Part shown: piece by piece, positions 62,350 to 64,000 of the stretch
Layout: each line of letters opens with the position of its first letter
Numbering within the stretch: the first letter of the stretch is position 1
Assembly (NCBI RefSeq): GCF_964204645.1
Contig: NC_134030.1
Coordinates: 17,506,210 to 17,570,209 of the forward strand
Direction of reading: 5' to 3'
Length of the DNA stretch: 64,000 nt
Source of the DNA: Tubulanus polymorphus
Lineage: Eukaryota; Animalia; Nemertea
Notes under the pieces: generated by a model
Told to the model about the DNA's origin: nothing
What the model saw: the letters and a program-made list of their open reading frames with translations, nothing else
Database searches by the model: none
Made by a program: the position numbers and the translations under genes

Positions 62350-64000
62350 CTGTAAATTGTAAATACAGAGAAATGGGAAAATGCACAACTATGTATATAT
62401 GGGTTCATCATTTATTACGTACGTGTGAGAGCATATTTTGTTACCACAATCAATTGCAAAGTTGTAGCTCATATTTAGTTGAATATTGAATTTGTAAGAT
62501 TGTTGAGCAATTCAACCCCTTTCCAAGTGACCCCTAGTTTACATAATGATAAATGAATGATCCCCAACTGATCAAGCTAGTGCAGCGGAACTTTATATGA
62601 TCTTTTGCGTGCGAAATAAATGAATGAACCCAAATCATACGCCTACTTGGTTCAACAGTTGTGACATTGACTGAATTGATTGAATGGATATTCATATTTT
62701 CGAACAACAGTGGAATCCGAGTCGTGTATTATTTGAACCTGCAATAATTTTAAAAGTATTCGTGCAGGAAAGGAAACCAGCTGAGATAAAACCTGGTATA
62801 ACAATACGTCCTCACTTGCCAGGGTTAGATTACCTGCTGATGAAGATCATGTGAACAGAAACGTGGCAAACACTGGTTTTCGATTTCGAATTGCTAGTTA
62901 TCCAACTGATAAAACTAATTGGAAATTGGCTCGATGCCTGGTGGCTGCAAAGCGCTAACTTTTCCTTACAACTTAGGCCGTATAATGGATTAATGAATGA
63001 ACTGCAGCCACGGTTTGTGTTGGCATGAGCTTTAACAGCAGCAGGTGATCAAATCCTGGTAAGTGAGGATGTGGCATTGTTCTTATTGTCACTGGCTTTA
63101 TAGAATTTATAATTAGTTTTTATTTTAGCTCTGATGCATATGAAAATGTTACCATTCCAGGGGCAGGGTTAACAAATTTATAGAGTAATCTTTTTCAATT
63201 CTTGAATCTTTTCCAAGTGATTTCGATTTAAGTTTAGCCCTCAATTTGTAAAACCTGAGCCCCAGGCATAGGTCTATTTAATCATCAGACAGGTGGATGC
63301 GAAATCTTACCATTTCACGATTTGTGAATCACTAATGCAATTGCCGTTCTCCTTATTGTCCATTTTTAACCGTGGTGATCATTGATGGTACCTGATGATG
63401 AATGGATCATGTCAAAATAAGCTGTGATCATATAGAATTTGGTCATTGAGTTTGATGGCCTGTCTTCTTTATAGATTACATTACATTAAAAACTTGTGTC
63501 TTACAATAAAATGAAAATAAAGATATGAGAATTCTTGTGTTAAATCTTTTGATAAAACTTCAATGTATATAGGCCTACAGATCAAATGAGGATGCTGAAA
63601 GGTTGAGGAGTGGATTTCTCCATATCAAAGTTCAGGCCTACACGCATGGTAGCATGCTAATGTAATGCCCATGTGCTGAAACTTGGTAAAGTTGACTCGT
63701 CGTTTTCAAATGTTCATGGACTTGCCTCGGACACCGATTACTAGTGAAGTTTGAACTTGTTGGATACAACCGACCACCTCGTGCGCTGCGTCATTCCAAA
63801 ATCCCGTTTCGAATCCAACGGATTATTCAAAAGTGGCGCATGCGCAATAATAAAAATTAAAATCCCGAAATAGATAAAATAGACCGTCAGGTAGCGACTC
63901 CTGGCGTTACAATTGTAGTTACGTGTTCTCGAACGTAGGAGAGATCGTCTGAAGTATCAACGATGAAAACTATAACACGGAAAATATTTGAGAATAACTT

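Larger units (their letters stand above)
57015..62632. mobile_element. Cluster of ~6 copies of a ~165-bp MITE (about 57015-57188, 58226-58416, 60244-60398, 60865-61034, 61339-61501, partial 62400-62632)
   Basis: TIR GGG(A/G)TCATTCATTTATTACGTACGCA. The 3-bp flanks at 61337 and 61502 fit PIF/Harbinger MITEs. Confidence 0.8.

Overview
Repeat-rich genomic DNA from an animal, probably a marine invertebrate (spliceosomal introns, Penelope, BEL and Gypsy elements). From left to right: (1) a Penelope GIY-YIG remnant; (2) a near-intact Ty3/Gypsy LTR retrotransposon on the minus strand (460-9816) with gag, a -1-frameshifted pol and an extra zinc-finger ORF3; (3) nested non-autonomous DNA transposons; (4) a NACHT-LRR (NLR) gene with four tandem, symmetric phase-1 cassette exons upstream, each with conserved flanks and a hypervariable core, one carrying a clear RHIM-like motif (VQMGDNNTM); (5) a 12-kb AT-rich Polinton/Maverick-like endogenous virus (integrase-chromodomain, packaging ATPase, capsid protein, HNH and zinc-finger genes) with fold-back termini, TAAATG start contexts, no recognisable DNA polymerase and a 1.5-kb internal inverted duplication; (6) exons of a DBH/MOXD1-like monooxygenase with an intronic tRNA-Pro pseudogene; (7) a long-TIR element and a BEL/Pao remnant; (8) a divergent 9-exon asparagine synthetase-like gene with a frameshifting deletion; (9) a second Penelope remnant with a hammerhead ribozyme; (10) an intronless PIF1 helicase-PHD gene convergent with a spliced P-element/THAP9-type transposase. 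The best novelty candidates are the RHIM-cassette NLR, the polymerase-less hairpin-ended virus and the PIF1 plus P-transposase pair. All calls were made by eye. Some single-base frameshifts may be assembly errors.
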